64,000 nucleotides of DNA from an uncultured Myxococcales bacterium (lineage in GTDB: Bacteria > Myxococcota_A > Polyangia > Polyangiales > Polyangiaceae), in NCBI GenBank assembly GCA_937998045.1, contig CALKVG010000666.1:314-64313 (forward strand), written 5' to 3'. The notes under the pieces were generated by a model. It ran no database searches. It was not told where the DNA came from and worked only from the letters and a program-made list of their open reading frames with translations. Position numbers and translations under genes: made by a program. Of the stretch, positions 16,986 through 26,054 are shown piece by piece (position 1 is the stretch's first letter; the number at the start of each line of letters is the position of its first letter).

Positions 16986-18978
16986 GCGAGCTCGAACGTA
17001 CGCCGCGCCGTCGTGCCGGCGATCCAGTACCCATCGTAGCGCGTCGCGCCCGCTTGCGCGGGTAACGGCCGCAGCCGTCGCGATCGCCGCCGCGACCACG
17101 GCTCACCCGGCGCAGGGCGCGGCTTCGGTGTGGGTGATCGACGACGGCGAGAAGGTCGGGCGCGAGGCGACGGCGACGCCGTACGAGCGCGGCGAGCAGA
17201 ACCCGGTGTGGCATCCGGGCAAGCCCGTGCGTCTGTTCGCGCTCCGCGACGAGGTGGTCGCGTTCCAGGTGGTGGTCGAGGCCGACGCGGCGGCCCTTCC
17301 GTCGGTGACGGTGGACGTGCGCCCGCTCTCGTCGAACGGCGGCGCGAGATTGCCGTCGCCCAGCCGCTTCGTCGAGTCCTTCGTTCGCGTGCGGCGCGCC
17401 TCTGGGGGACGCACCGCGGGCGAGTCCCTCGGCTGGGAGGCCGGGTCCGGGCCGCCGCCGGGCGCGTGGATCGGCTGGGTACCGGACGCGCTCGTTCCGG
17501 TCGAGAGAGCGCCCTCGTGGGCGGCTTACCCGATGCGCATCGCACCGAACACCAACGGCGTTTTATGGGTGGACGTCTACGTCCCGCGCGATCAGGCACC
17601 GGGCCTTTATCAGGGCACGATCGACGTAGCGAACGAAGGACGGGCGCTCTCATCGATCCGGCTCGAGCTGGACGTGAAGAGCGTCGTACTCCCGCCTCCT
17701 ACCGGAGAGGCCACGGTGTTCTACGATCCCGAGGAGCTCGAGCGGCGCATGGGCGACGGCGCCGAAGAGGCGCTCTGGAAGCTGCTCCACGCGCACCGAG
17801 TGTCGCCCCTGCACGACGCGACGTCTCCGGCCGACGTGGGCCGACAACGCGACGCGCTGAGCGGGGCTCTCTATGCGTCCGAACGGGGGTACGTCGGGCC
17901 AGGGGCGAACCGAGGCGACGGCGTCCTCGCCATCGGCGCGTACGGAGCGCTCGGCGCGCCGGACTTCGCGAAGACGTCGCGCGTCCAGGCGATCGTCGAT
18001 GCGGCGGCCCGCGCCAGGGTCCTCGCCGGGACCGACGTGTTCGTCTACGCCGACGACGAGCAGTGCGACAGCCCACTGGGTGCCGCGTGGCGCGAGGCGC
18101 TGCGGAGCTCGCCGGACGCGCGCGTACGTGCCGTCCGCGTGGCCTGGACGTGCACCGAGGATCCGGCGAAGCAGCCCGTGGACATCGCCATGCTCCTCGC
18201 GCACTACGACGTTGCGCAAGCCGATCGCTCGCGACGTCTGGGCAAGGAGGTATGGGTCTACAACGGCGTCCTGCCGCGCACGGGCACGTTCTTGCTCGAC
18301 GCCGACGCGATCTCGCCGCGCGTCAACGGCTGGCTCGCGGCGATGTACGGGGTGCGCCGCTGGTTCTACTGGGAGGCGACGTATTGGTACGGGCAGCACG
18401 GCGCGGCGCCCATCGACCCCTTCGTCGAGCCCGAGACGCTGCACAATCGCGACGGAGACTGGGCCAACGGCGACGGCGTGCTGGTCTACCCCGCGCGACA
18501 AGACGACGCGTTCGGCGAGCATTCGCTCGGCTACACCGGCGTCCTGCCCTCGATTCGACTCAAGAACTGGCGGCGCGGACTGCAGGACGGCGCGTACCTC
18601 GAGCTGGCGCGCGCGCGCGACCGCGCGCGCGCCGATGCCGTGGCGCGATCGCTGGTCCCGATCGCGTTCGACGACGCGAAGGCCGGTCGGCCGCCGTCCT
18701 GGAGCCCGCACGGCGCCGCGTTCGCCGAGGCGCGGCGAGCGCTCCTCGCGATCGCGGTCGGCGAGCCGGCGAGTCCCGGCGGGCCGGGCGCGCCGCCGAC
18801 GTCGCACTCGCCCTCGCACGCGCGCCTCGGCTGGGGCGCGGGCGGGGCAGCCGCCCTCCTCGCCCTGGGCGCCGTGCTCCGAGCCTACCTCGCGCGGCCG
18901 CTTCGCCTCGGGATGACGCGGATCCCGAGGCCTTCGAGCCAGGCACGCAGGTCCATCCCGCAGCGCGCCGCCGAGTAG
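16984..18978 (+). CDS. exported DUF4091-like (GH123-like) protein with C-terminal TM anchor
   Basis: Real part of ORF 16600-18978. Signal-like RPLARVTAAAVAIAAATTAHPAQG. C-terminal signature WFYWEATYW...NGDGVLVYPA...LPSIRLKNWRRGLQDGAYLELA, which I associate with DUF4091. TM GAAALLALGAVLRAYL. Start 16984 or 16963. Confidence 0.55.
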   Translation: MRARTYAAPSCRRSSTHRSASRPLARVTAAAVAIAAATTAHPAQGAASVWVIDDGEKVGREATATPYERGEQNPVWHPGKPVRLFALRDEVVAFQVVVEADAAALPSVTVDVRPLSSNGGARLPSPSRFVESFVRVRRASGGRTAGESLGWEAGSGPPPGAWIGWVPDALVPVERAPSWAAYPMRIAPNTNGVLWVDVYVPRDQAPGLYQGTIDVANEGRALSSIRLELDVKSVVLPPPTGEATVFYDPEELERRMGDGAEEALWKLLHAHRVSPLHDATSPADVGRQRDALSGALYASERGYVGPGANRGDGVLAIGAYGALGAPDFAKTSRVQAIVDAAARARVLAGTDVFVYADDEQCDSPLGAAWREALRSSPDARVRAVRVAWTCTEDPAKQPVDIAMLLAHYDVAQADRSRRLGKEVWVYNGVLPRTGTFLLDADAISPRVNGWLAAMYGVRRWFYWEATYWYGQHGAAPIDPFVEPETLHNRDGDWANGDGVLVYPARQDDAFGEHSLGYTGVLPSIRLKNWRRGLQDGAYLELARARDRARADAVARSLVPIAFDDAKAGRPPSWSPHGAAFAEARRALLAIAVGEPASPGGPGAPPTSHSPSHARLGWGAGGAAALLALGAVLRAYLARPLRLGMTRIPRPSSQARRSIPQRAAE

Positions 18979-19706
18979 GCGGCCCACTGGACCTCCTCTT
19001 TCTCGTCGAGCTTCTGCAGGAACTCGTTGGCCGCTGCGGCCTCCCGCAGCAGGGCCTGGCGCCGGGGCTGGGTCACGTAGACCGTGATGAAATCAGGAAT
19101 CCACCGGCGCTTGTCGGCGTACGGAACACGCACGTAGCCGGGGCAGTCGTCGCGCCACTTGCGCGGGAGGAACACCTCGCCCGTGAGGGGACTGAGGAAG
19201 CAGAGCGCGCCGTCGACGAAGGCCTCTTCGAGCAGGTCGAGGTCGATGGGCAGGGCACGAAGGCCCGACGCAGGCGGGGGCGCGCTCGGTGCGGGCAGTG
19301 GGACAGAGGGCTGCACCGACGGCGGCGGCGCCGTGGGCACGCTCGACGGACGGGCGCGCACCGTGGAGCTCCGATGTGCCACATAGGCCGACTCCTCGCC
19401 GAGATCCTGCGCTGCTTTGGGCATGGCGGCGGACTCGGGGAGATGGCCATCGCCCCGGCCCTCCGCACAGAAGGGGCATCCCTTCATCGCAGCGGGCGCA
19501 GCTTGCCATTCGTGGGTGGGGACGACGCTGCAGCGCCACCAGACGAGACGGCGGGCGCGATAGCCCACCTCTTCCGGCGAGAGATCGCCGTTTTTCGGGC
19601 TGAAGGCTGCGGCCAGCTCCGGATCGTCGGCGATCGTCTTCTGGGTCTCTTTGGCTCGCATCGGCTTGAGCATCATGGGATTCGCGCCTCGCGCACTCGC
19701 CGGCAT
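18885..19706 (-). CDS. hypothetical protein with N-terminal zinc-ribbon-like motif and UPF0158-like C-terminal region
   Basis: 273 aa. WWRCSVVPTHEWQAAPAAMKGCPFC treble-clef-like motif, Pro-rich linker, C-terminal IDLDLLEEAF...LSPLTGEVF...WAAYSAARCGMDLRAWLEGLGI. Family assignment tentative. Confidence 0.5.
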   Translation of the reverse strand: MPASARGANPMMLKPMRAKETQKTIADDPELAAAFSPKNGDLSPEEVGYRARRLVWWRCSVVPTHEWQAAPAAMKGCPFCAEGRGDGHLPESAAMPKAAQDLGEESAYVAHRSSTVRARPSSVPTAPPPSVQPSVPLPAPSAPPPASGLRALPIDLDLLEEAFVDGALCFLSPLTGEVFLPRKWRDDCPGYVRVPYADKRRWIPDFITVYVTQPRRQALLREAAAANEFLQKLDEKEEVQWAAYSAARCGMDLRAWLEGLGIRVIPRRSGRAR

Positions 19707-19730
19707 ACACGCCGATGCGAGCTCCCCCAG

Positions 19731-19769
19731 GTTTCGACCACGCTCCGGCGCAGCCGGAGACGCGCCGTC
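19731..19769. repeat. third, intergenic copy of the ~40-bp hairpin repeat
   Basis: GTTTCGACCACGCTCCGGCGCAGCCGGAGACGCGCCGTC lies between the start of gene 18885-19706 and the stop of the aminotransferase. It matches the 5699-5738 unit at about 35 of 39 positions and has the same CTCCGGC/GCCGGAG stem. Confidence 0.85.
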
Positions 19770-19778
19770 ATCGGGCCC

Positions 19779-21017
19779 TCAATCGCTATCGCCATCGCTG
19801 GACGCTGTCCAGTCTCCCATCGCTTCTCGTAGCCGCGCCACCCCCTCCAGAACGCGGCCGAGCCGGACACCGGTAAAGCACAACCGCGCCCACGTCACAA
19901 ACGCGTCGCCGAAGCCCTCGCCGGGTGCGAGGAGCACTCCCTGATCGACCGCGCGTTCGAGCAGACCTCGCAACGGACGACCGCGGAGAGCTGCCGCGAA
20001 ATCGATGAAGACGTAGCTGCCGCCGTCGGGCGCGAACGCGCGCAGGCCGCCGGAGGCGCTGTCGCCCTCGAAGCGCGCGAGCGCTTCCATGACGGCGTCG
20101 CGCGCCTCCCGATACCCGGCTCGCGCGCCTTCCAACCAGGCGGAAGGTGCGCGAAGTGCGGCCAGAGCAATGCGCTGCGATGCCAGCGGAACATTGAACA
20201 CCGTGTGCGTGGCCACGCGCCGCGCGAGCGCGACGACGCGTTCGGGTCCGACGACGAATCCGACGCGCGCTCCCGCGAGCGAGTGGCTCTTCGAGAGCGA
20301 ATACGCCGTGAGCGTGCGCTCGGCCATACCTTCGAGGCGCGCGATCGACGTATGGGCGCCCGTATAGACGTAGTCGGCATAGACCTCGTCGGCGACGACC
20401 CACAACCCACGCGCGACCGCCAGGCGGGCGATGCCCTCGAGCTGCGCGACGGAGAGCACTTTTCCGTCGGGGTTGTTCGGCGTGATGAAGTAGATGGCGC
20501 GCGTGCGCGGGGTGAGCGCCTCCGCGAAGACCGAGGCGGCGTCGAGCGAAGGGTCGGCGTACAGGCGATTCGTCAGCGGAACCTCGATGGGCACGGCGCC
20601 GGCCGCGCGCAGGACGCCGACCGACAGCGGCCAGTACGGCGCCGCGACGAGCACTTCGTCCCCGGGATCCAGGACGGCGCGCACCGAGCAGAAGAGCGCG
20701 TGCGTCGCGCCGCAGCCGACGAGAACGTGGGCGGCGGTCACCTCGCGGGGACCGAAGCCGCACGCGGCGAGCCGCTCGGCGAATGCCTCTTTCAGCGACG
20801 GCAGGCCGGCGACGCCACCGTAGCGGTAGAGCGCCTCGTCGAACGCGGCGGTCTCGATACTGGCGAAGCGGGCGTCCTTTGGCGGCGGCAGGTGCGTGTC
20901 GCCGATGTGGAGCTCGATGAGGTCCCCACCGCGACGTGCGCGTTCCTCGATGCGCGGCGCGAGATCCGCGAAGACGCTCGCACGCAGCGCGGACGCGGTG
21001 CGCGACAACGAGGGCAT
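19779..21017 (-). CDS. class I/II pyridoxal-phosphate-dependent aminotransferase
   Basis: 412 aa. ITPNNPDGKV motif and PLP-lysine motif YSLSKSHSLAGARVGF. Confidence 0.9.
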   Translation of the reverse strand: MPSLSRTASALRASVFADLAPRIEERARRGGDLIELHIGDTHLPPPKDARFASIETAAFDEALYRYGGVAGLPSLKEAFAERLAACGFGPREVTAAHVLVGCGATHALFCSVRAVLDPGDEVLVAAPYWPLSVGVLRAAGAVPIEVPLTNRLYADPSLDAASVFAEALTPRTRAIYFITPNNPDGKVLSVAQLEGIARLAVARGLWVVADEVYADYVYTGAHTSIARLEGMAERTLTAYSLSKSHSLAGARVGFVVGPERVVALARRVATHTVFNVPLASQRIALAALRAPSAWLEGARAGYREARDAVMEALARFEGDSASGGLRAFAPDGGSYVFIDFAAALRGRPLRGLLERAVDQGVLLAPGEGFGDAFVTWARLCFTGVRLGRVLEGVARLREAMGDWTASSDGDSD

Positions 21018-21026
21018 GGGCGCATG

Positions 21027-21512
21027 TTACGCCAGCGGCCGCACGATCGCCGGCCAGAGCCGGCGGAAGCCGACCGCGACCAGGCGACCGTCGCGCGTGA
21101 CGACGATCGCGCCGTAGCGGCACTTCTCGACGATGCACCCTTCGGCCACGCCGTTCTGCCGCTGCCAGCGGACGCGTTCGCCCGGCGCGAGCAGCGCGAA
21201 AAGGCGCGCCTCGGCCGCAATGCGCGCCAGCTCTTCGGGGACGCCGCCGCCGAAGCTCGTCACGGCGCTGGCCCGGATGCGTCGGGCCGCGCCGTCGTCG
21301 AACCAGACGTCGCACTCGCGGTCCGAGGACCAGAGGATGACGCCCTTCCGCTTGCTGCCGTCGCGCAGGACGGCTTCCACGGCGACGCCGGGAGCGCGCG
21401 TCGATGGGACGTTCGGCTTGCCGCCCAGCCTGCGTCGCGCGGCGTCGATCGACGGGCGCGACGACGGGCCCTCGCTGGAGCGAGCCGAGTCACGAGTTAT
21501 CTTGGCGCTCAT
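21027..21512 (-). CDS. hypothetical protein
   Basis: ORF 21027-21557, 9 nt upstream of the aminotransferase start. Coding-like codon bias, no motif recognised. Start either 21557 or ATG 21512 (MSAKITRD...). Confidence 0.45.
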   Translation of the reverse strand: MSAKITRDSARSSEGPSSRPSIDAARRRLGGKPNVPSTRAPGVAVEAVLRDGSKRKGVILWSSDRECDVWFDDGAARRIRASAVTSFGGGVPEELARIAAEARLFALLAPGERVRWQRQNGVAEGCIVEKCRYGAIVVTRDGRLVAVGFRRLWPAIVRPLA

Positions 21513-22356
21513 GATGGTCCGTCCGTTCGGGCAAGCTGGCGTCGAGGTCCCCGTCATCGGCCAGGGGACGTGGAAGATGGAGCGCGACGATCGCGCCGAA
21601 GCGATCCGCGCGCTCCGCCGAGGACTCGACCTCGGGATTACTCACGTCGACACCGCGGAGCTTTACGGCTCGGGCGAGGTCGAGAGGCTGGTGGGCGAAG
21701 CCATCGCGGGGCGCCGCGAGCAGGTGTTTCTCGTGTCGAAGGTGGTTCCCGAGCACGCCACTCACCAAGGCACGCTCCGGGCCTGCGAGCAGAGCTTGCG
21801 GCGGCTACGAACCGATTGGCTCGACTGTTACTTGCTGCACTGGCCGGGTCGTCACCCGCTGTCCGAGACGATCCGAGCTTTCGAACAGCTCGAAGAGCAG
21901 GGGAAGATCCGCTCCTGGGGCGTGAGCAATTTCGATGTCGCCGAGCTCGATGAAGCGCTCTCGCTTGCGGGCGCGGCGAGCATCGCGTGCAATCAGGTCC
22001 TTTATCACCTGGACGAGCGGGCGATCGAGGCCGCCGTGCTTCCGTGGTGTGCGCGCCACAGCGTCGCACTCGTCGCGTACAGCCCCTTCGGCGCGGGGCG
22101 ATTTCCGCCGGCGAACTCGCCCCGAGGCCGCGTCTTGGTCGAGATCGCCCGGGAGCGTGGCGCCACACCGCACCAGGTCGCGCTCGCTTTCCTCGTGCGC
22201 GACCACCATGTGTTCGCCATCCCGAAGGCGGCGCGCGTCCACCATGTGGAGGACGTTGCCGGCGCGGGCTCGCTGGTGCTGAGTGCGGACGAGCTCCGCA
22301 GGATCGACGCGGCCTTTCCACGCCCGCAGGGAACGGGGCGACTGCCCGTCCTATAG
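21511..22356 (+). CDS. aldo/keto reductase
   Basis: 281 aa from MMVRPFGQAGVEVPVIGQGTWKM. ITHVDTAELYG, FLVSKV, LDCYLLHWP. The upstream part of ORF 21133-22356 is antisense to the neighbouring gene. Confidence 0.9.
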   Translation: MMVRPFGQAGVEVPVIGQGTWKMERDDRAEAIRALRRGLDLGITHVDTAELYGSGEVERLVGEAIAGRREQVFLVSKVVPEHATHQGTLRACEQSLRRLRTDWLDCYLLHWPGRHPLSETIRAFEQLEEQGKIRSWGVSNFDVAELDEALSLAGAASIACNQVLYHLDERAIEAAVLPWCARHSVALVAYSPFGAGRFPPANSPRGRVLVEIARERGATPHQVALAFLVRDHHVFAIPKAARVHHVEDVAGAGSLVLSADELRRIDAAFPRPQGTGRLPVL

Positions 22357-22398
22357 GGAGGGGCGCCCCTCGGCACGCGCAGTGCTTGAAGCACGGGC

Positions 22399-22935
22399 AT
22401 GCTGACCGTAGGCCAGCGGCTTCCGAGTTTCTCGCTGAAAGCCGCCGTTTCGGCCGAGACCGGCCACGAGATCGCGACGGTGACCGACTCCGCGTTCGCC
22501 GGCGGCTGGCTCGTGCTCTTCTTCTGGCCCATCGACTTCACCGTGGTGTGCCCGACCGAGATCCTCGCGTTCGCGCGCCACGAAGCGGCGTTTCGTGCGC
22601 GAAGGGCCGCGCTCCTCGGGGTGAGCGGCGACTCGGCGTGGGCGCACGTCGCGTGGAGGGAGCGCGACGCGGATCTGCGCAGAGTGCCGTTCCCGATGGC
22701 GGGAGACCCGAACAGCGGGCTCGCGCGCGCGATGGGGGTCTTCGATCCGCAGGTGGGGCTCCCCGCCCGCGCGACGTTCCTCGTCGACCCGGAGCAGACG
22801 ATTCGCTGGGCGAGCGCGCACGACGTCCGCTGCGGGCGCAGCGTGCGGGAGGTGCTTCGCGTGCTCGACGCGCTGCTCACCGGGCGAGCGACGCCGTGCG
22901 AGTGGACGCCGGGCGAGGCAACGCTGCTCGCGTAG
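22399..22935 (+). CDS. 2-Cys peroxiredoxin (AhpC/Prx1 family)
   Basis: 178 aa. Peroxidatic Cys motif FFWPIDFTVVCPTEI; candidate resolving Cys in ATPCEWTPGE. Confidence 0.9.
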   Translation: MLTVGQRLPSFSLKAAVSAETGHEIATVTDSAFAGGWLVLFFWPIDFTVVCPTEILAFARHEAAFRARRAALLGVSGDSAWAHVAWRERDADLRRVPFPMAGDPNSGLARAMGVFDPQVGLPARATFLVDPEQTIRWASAHDVRCGRSVREVLRVLDALLTGRATPCEWTPGEATLLA

Positions 22936-22992
22936 GCTGAGGAGGGGGCGCCGGAAGTTCGCGCGGCCTGCGCTCGCCGCGTTCCTCGCCCG

Positions 22993-24858
22993 TCAGAACC
23001 CGAGTTGCAGCCCGAGCTCCGGCGCGGCGCCGAGGAGCGTGCCGGCAGACCCGCCGAACGCCGCTTCGATCTTGAGGATGCCCGTGGCCGCGACCTTCCT
23101 GCTGAGGAGGAGGCGTACGCCACCGCCGGCGGCGACGAAGCCGGGGCCCGCAGTGATCCACGCATTCTCCGGCTGCTCCTTCGGCGGCCCGCTGGGCTGC
23201 GTGAGAAAGACCGGCACCTGCACGAAGGCGTCGAATTCGCCGACCCCCGCGGCGACGAGGACGAGCGGCGCCACCGATTGCGTGATGGCGTTCTTGCCGA
23301 AGAGGTACGTAAACCGCGCTTCGCCGTGCACGGGCGCGAACGCCGCGCCGGGCGCGGCCGCCGGATCGGTGAAGAGTTCGTAGCCGCCGCGCACGCCGAG
23401 CAACATGTTGGCGTTGAGCGCGTAGTCGATGCTCAGCATGATGCGCAGGTTGCCGGGCGCGAAGCCCGACTGCACGAGATCGCCGTGCTTTGCGATCTGG
23501 CCGTTCACCGTGCTGTCGGTGCCGGGGAAGTTTGCGCCGGTGTTCGGGTCGACGCAGTTGTACGGATTGCCCGGCGTCAGCGGCGTCGTGCCGTTGGTCA
23601 TCGGATTGAGCGCGCACACGTCGGTCGTGCCCGGCGCGATGAAGAAGTCCATTGACACCGCCCCGCCGATCCACCAGCGCGAGAACTTCGAGCTACCCGC
23701 GCCGCCGCCGCACTTGCCTTCCTTGCACGAGCCGCCCTCGCACTCGTCGTCGCTCGAGCAGTCTTCCCCTTCCGCCTTCTTGGGCGCCGTGCACGTCCCG
23801 TCGCTGCAGCTGCCGCTCGCGCATTCGTCGTCCGACTCGCACTTCTCGCCGCCGCCCTTCTTGTCGGCGCACTTGCTGTCGACGCACGCGGCGCTCGTGC
23901 ACTCGTTGTCCTTCGTGCACTCCTCGCCGGCGCCTTTCTTGTTGCTGCACCCGGGGAAGTCGGGCGGACACTCCGCGCCCGCACCCGAAGTCTCCGAGCA
24001 CTGCTTCGGCGGCTCTTGCCCGGGGAGCCCGGGCGGCGCGCCGGCGATCGACTGCTTCACCGGGACGGTGAACGGCTTGGCGCGGCTGCCGGACGTCGCG
24101 ACGGGGTCGTTCGCCGCGTTGAAGCCCTGGATGTAGTACTGCATCGTCCCGGGCAGGACGTCCTTGCACGGAATGAGTGCGCCCCAGCCGGTGCCCGATT
24201 TCGGCAATTCGAGCGGCTTCCACTCGGCCATGCCGGGGCCCTTGTATTTGACGATGACGCGCGCGAGCTGCTCGCTTCCCGAGTACTCGGCGTAAATCGG
24301 GAGCGGAGTGCGAACGAGCTCCTCGGGAGGCGGCGTGTGCGCGAAGTCTCCGGTGGGCTGCCCGGCGGGCGCGGGGCCGGTGGGCGGCGCCTCCGCTGCC
24401 GGGGCGGCGCCTCCACCACCCCCCTTCTTCTTCACCTCGTTCCAGACCTGCTCGATCTGCGGATTCTTGTAGGCCGGGTCGAGCTCGAGCGACCCATCTA
24501 CGGAGAGCGCCTGGGCGAAGCTCGAACGCGCCTCATCGGAGTTGCCGTTGAGCACTTGCATCGCGCCGAGATCGCGGAGCAGCGCCGCGCGGAGCGGGTT
24601 GCCGCATCGATCCGTGCCGCACTTGCCGATCGCCGTCTGCAGCTTCTTGATCGCGGCGGCGTAGTTCACATTGAGGTTGTCTTCCTCGATGGCCTTCTTC
24701 TGGAGGGCCTGCGCCTCTCGCTCGACTTTGGGGTCCGCTCCCAGCGCGGGGGAAGCACATAGCGCCCCGGTGAGCACGACGAGCCAAGGGATAGCGCGCC
24801 GCAATGCCGCGGCGAGAAAGTTTCGTCGCACGTAGACCTCCGCGAGGGGCGCGAGCAT
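22993..24858 (-). CDS. outer-membrane protein candidate: TPR-like N-terminus, tandem Cys-rich repeats, C-terminal beta-barrel-like region
   Basis: Signal RRAIPWLVVLTGALCASPALG. Four repeats of the type E-x-C-x2-D-x-EC-x-SG-x-C-x-DG-x-C (ECTKDNECTSAACVDSKC, EKCESDDECASGSCSDGTC, EDCSSDDECEGGSCKEGKC). Alternating hydrophobic strands, ending ...ELGLQLGF. Start 24858 preferred; 24939 or 25005 possible. Confidence 0.6.
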   Translation of the reverse strand: MLAPLAEVYVRRNFLAAALRRAIPWLVVLTGALCASPALGADPKVEREAQALQKKAIEEDNLNVNYAAAIKKLQTAIGKCGTDRCGNPLRAALLRDLGAMQVLNGNSDEARSSFAQALSVDGSLELDPAYKNPQIEQVWNEVKKKGGGGGAAPAAEAPPTGPAPAGQPTGDFAHTPPPEELVRTPLPIYAEYSGSEQLARVIVKYKGPGMAEWKPLELPKSGTGWGALIPCKDVLPGTMQYYIQGFNAANDPVATSGSRAKPFTVPVKQSIAGAPPGLPGQEPPKQCSETSGAGAECPPDFPGCSNKKGAGEECTKDNECTSAACVDSKCADKKGGGEKCESDDECASGSCSDGTCTAPKKAEGEDCSSDDECEGGSCKEGKCGGGAGSSKFSRWWIGGAVSMDFFIAPGTTDVCALNPMTNGTTPLTPGNPYNCVDPNTGANFPGTDSTVNGQIAKHGDLVQSGFAPGNLRIMLSIDYALNANMLLGVRGGYELFTDPAAAPGAAFAPVHGEARFTYLFGKNAITQSVAPLVLVAAGVGEFDAFVQVPVFLTQPSGPPKEQPENAWITAGPGFVAAGGGVRLLLSRKVAATGILKIEAAFGGSAGTLLGAAPELGLQLGF

Positions 24859-25025
24859 AGAGCAGGTCGCGCCGCGTTTGGTAGGAAAGTCCAGTGGGTG
24901 CGGCGCATCCGACGCACCGAGGGCCCTTGTCGTCGACATGGACTGCGATCGACGAAACGCGTCCACGCCGTCGCCGTTCGCGTCGACGCCACGTCTACGC
25001 CGCATCGGTAAAACTCGGAACGTGC

Positions 25026-26054
25026 CTAAGGCGGCGAGCTTCCGCTCGGGGCGGCGGCCGTCGCCTCCGTCCGTATGAACTGGACGCGGCGATTCAGTTC
25101 GCGGTTCGCGGCGGTCGTGTTCGGGACGAGCGGCTGGTGGAAGCCGTAGCCCCTGGAGGTGAGGCGCGCCGGGGAAATGCCATGTCCGACGAGGTAGGCG
25201 CGCACTGCGTCGGCCCGCGCCTGCGAGAGCTTCATGTTGTAGGCGTCCGCGCCCACGTTGTCGGTGTGCCCTTGCACCTCGAGGGTGATCTTCGCGTTGT
25301 CCGAGAGGACCTGGACGACCTCGTCGAGGATCTTGAAGCTGATGCCCGGGCGGATAACCGATTTATTGAACTCGAACTGGATCTGCTGCGTGATTCGGAT
25401 TTCTTTCTCGGTGACGACGATGAGCGAGTTCTTCTTCGGGCACCCCGGCTTGTCGCCGCCGCGCACGCCTGGCGTGTTCGGGCAGAAGTCCTCGAGATCG
25501 GCGACCCCGTCGCCGTCGTTGTCCGGGTCGGGGCATCCGTCGTCGTCCTGGAAGCCGTCGAGATCCTCGGGCTCGTTCGGGCACTTGTCGGCCGTATCGA
25601 GGATGCCGTCGGCGTCGTTGTCGGGGTCGGGGCATCCGTCGTCGTCGAGGTAGCCGTCCTTGTCCTCGGGCTCGAGGACGCACTGGTCGGCAGAATCGAC
25701 GATGCCGTCGCCGTCGGTGTCGTGCGCCTTGGGCGCGGCGACCTCGACGAACTCGCGCGACGTGCAGCGGTCGGGCGGGCTCATGGAGAACGCGGCCTGC
25801 GCGTTGGGCTCCGCCTTGGCCAGGTGGGCCTCGGCGCTCGAGAAGCGGCCCTGATCCAGATCGATGAGGGCGAACTCTAGGTTGCTCTTGGCGACCGCGA
25901 GCTCGCGTGGCGCGCACCGCATCGCGCCGTTCTTCTCGGCGTCCTGGACGGTGGTGGAAAGACCCCTGATCTTGCCGCGCAGCGCCGGACCCTGGGCGCA
26001 CGCGCACGCGAGCACCGATACCGCGAGCCACGAAGCAATGCGACGGACGATCAT
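25026..26054 (-). CDS. OmpA-family lipoprotein with thrombospondin type 3 (calcium-binding) repeats
   Basis: Start moved to MIVRRIASWLAVSVLACAC (ATG 26054). TSP3 repeats DTDGDGIVDSADQC, DDDGCPDPDNDADGILDTADKC, DDDGCPDPDNDGDGVADLEDFC. OmpA C-terminal domain GHTDNVGADAYNMKLSQARADAVRAYL. Confidence 0.85.
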   Translation of the reverse strand: MIVRRIASWLAVSVLACACAQGPALRGKIRGLSTTVQDAEKNGAMRCAPRELAVAKSNLEFALIDLDQGRFSSAEAHLAKAEPNAQAAFSMSPPDRCTSREFVEVAAPKAHDTDGDGIVDSADQCVLEPEDKDGYLDDDGCPDPDNDADGILDTADKCPNEPEDLDGFQDDDGCPDPDNDGDGVADLEDFCPNTPGVRGGDKPGCPKKNSLIVVTEKEIRITQQIQFEFNKSVIRPGISFKILDEVVQVLSDNAKITLEVQGHTDNVGADAYNMKLSQARADAVRAYLVGHGISPARLTSRGYGFHQPLVPNTTAANRELNRRVQFIRTEATAAAPSGSSPP

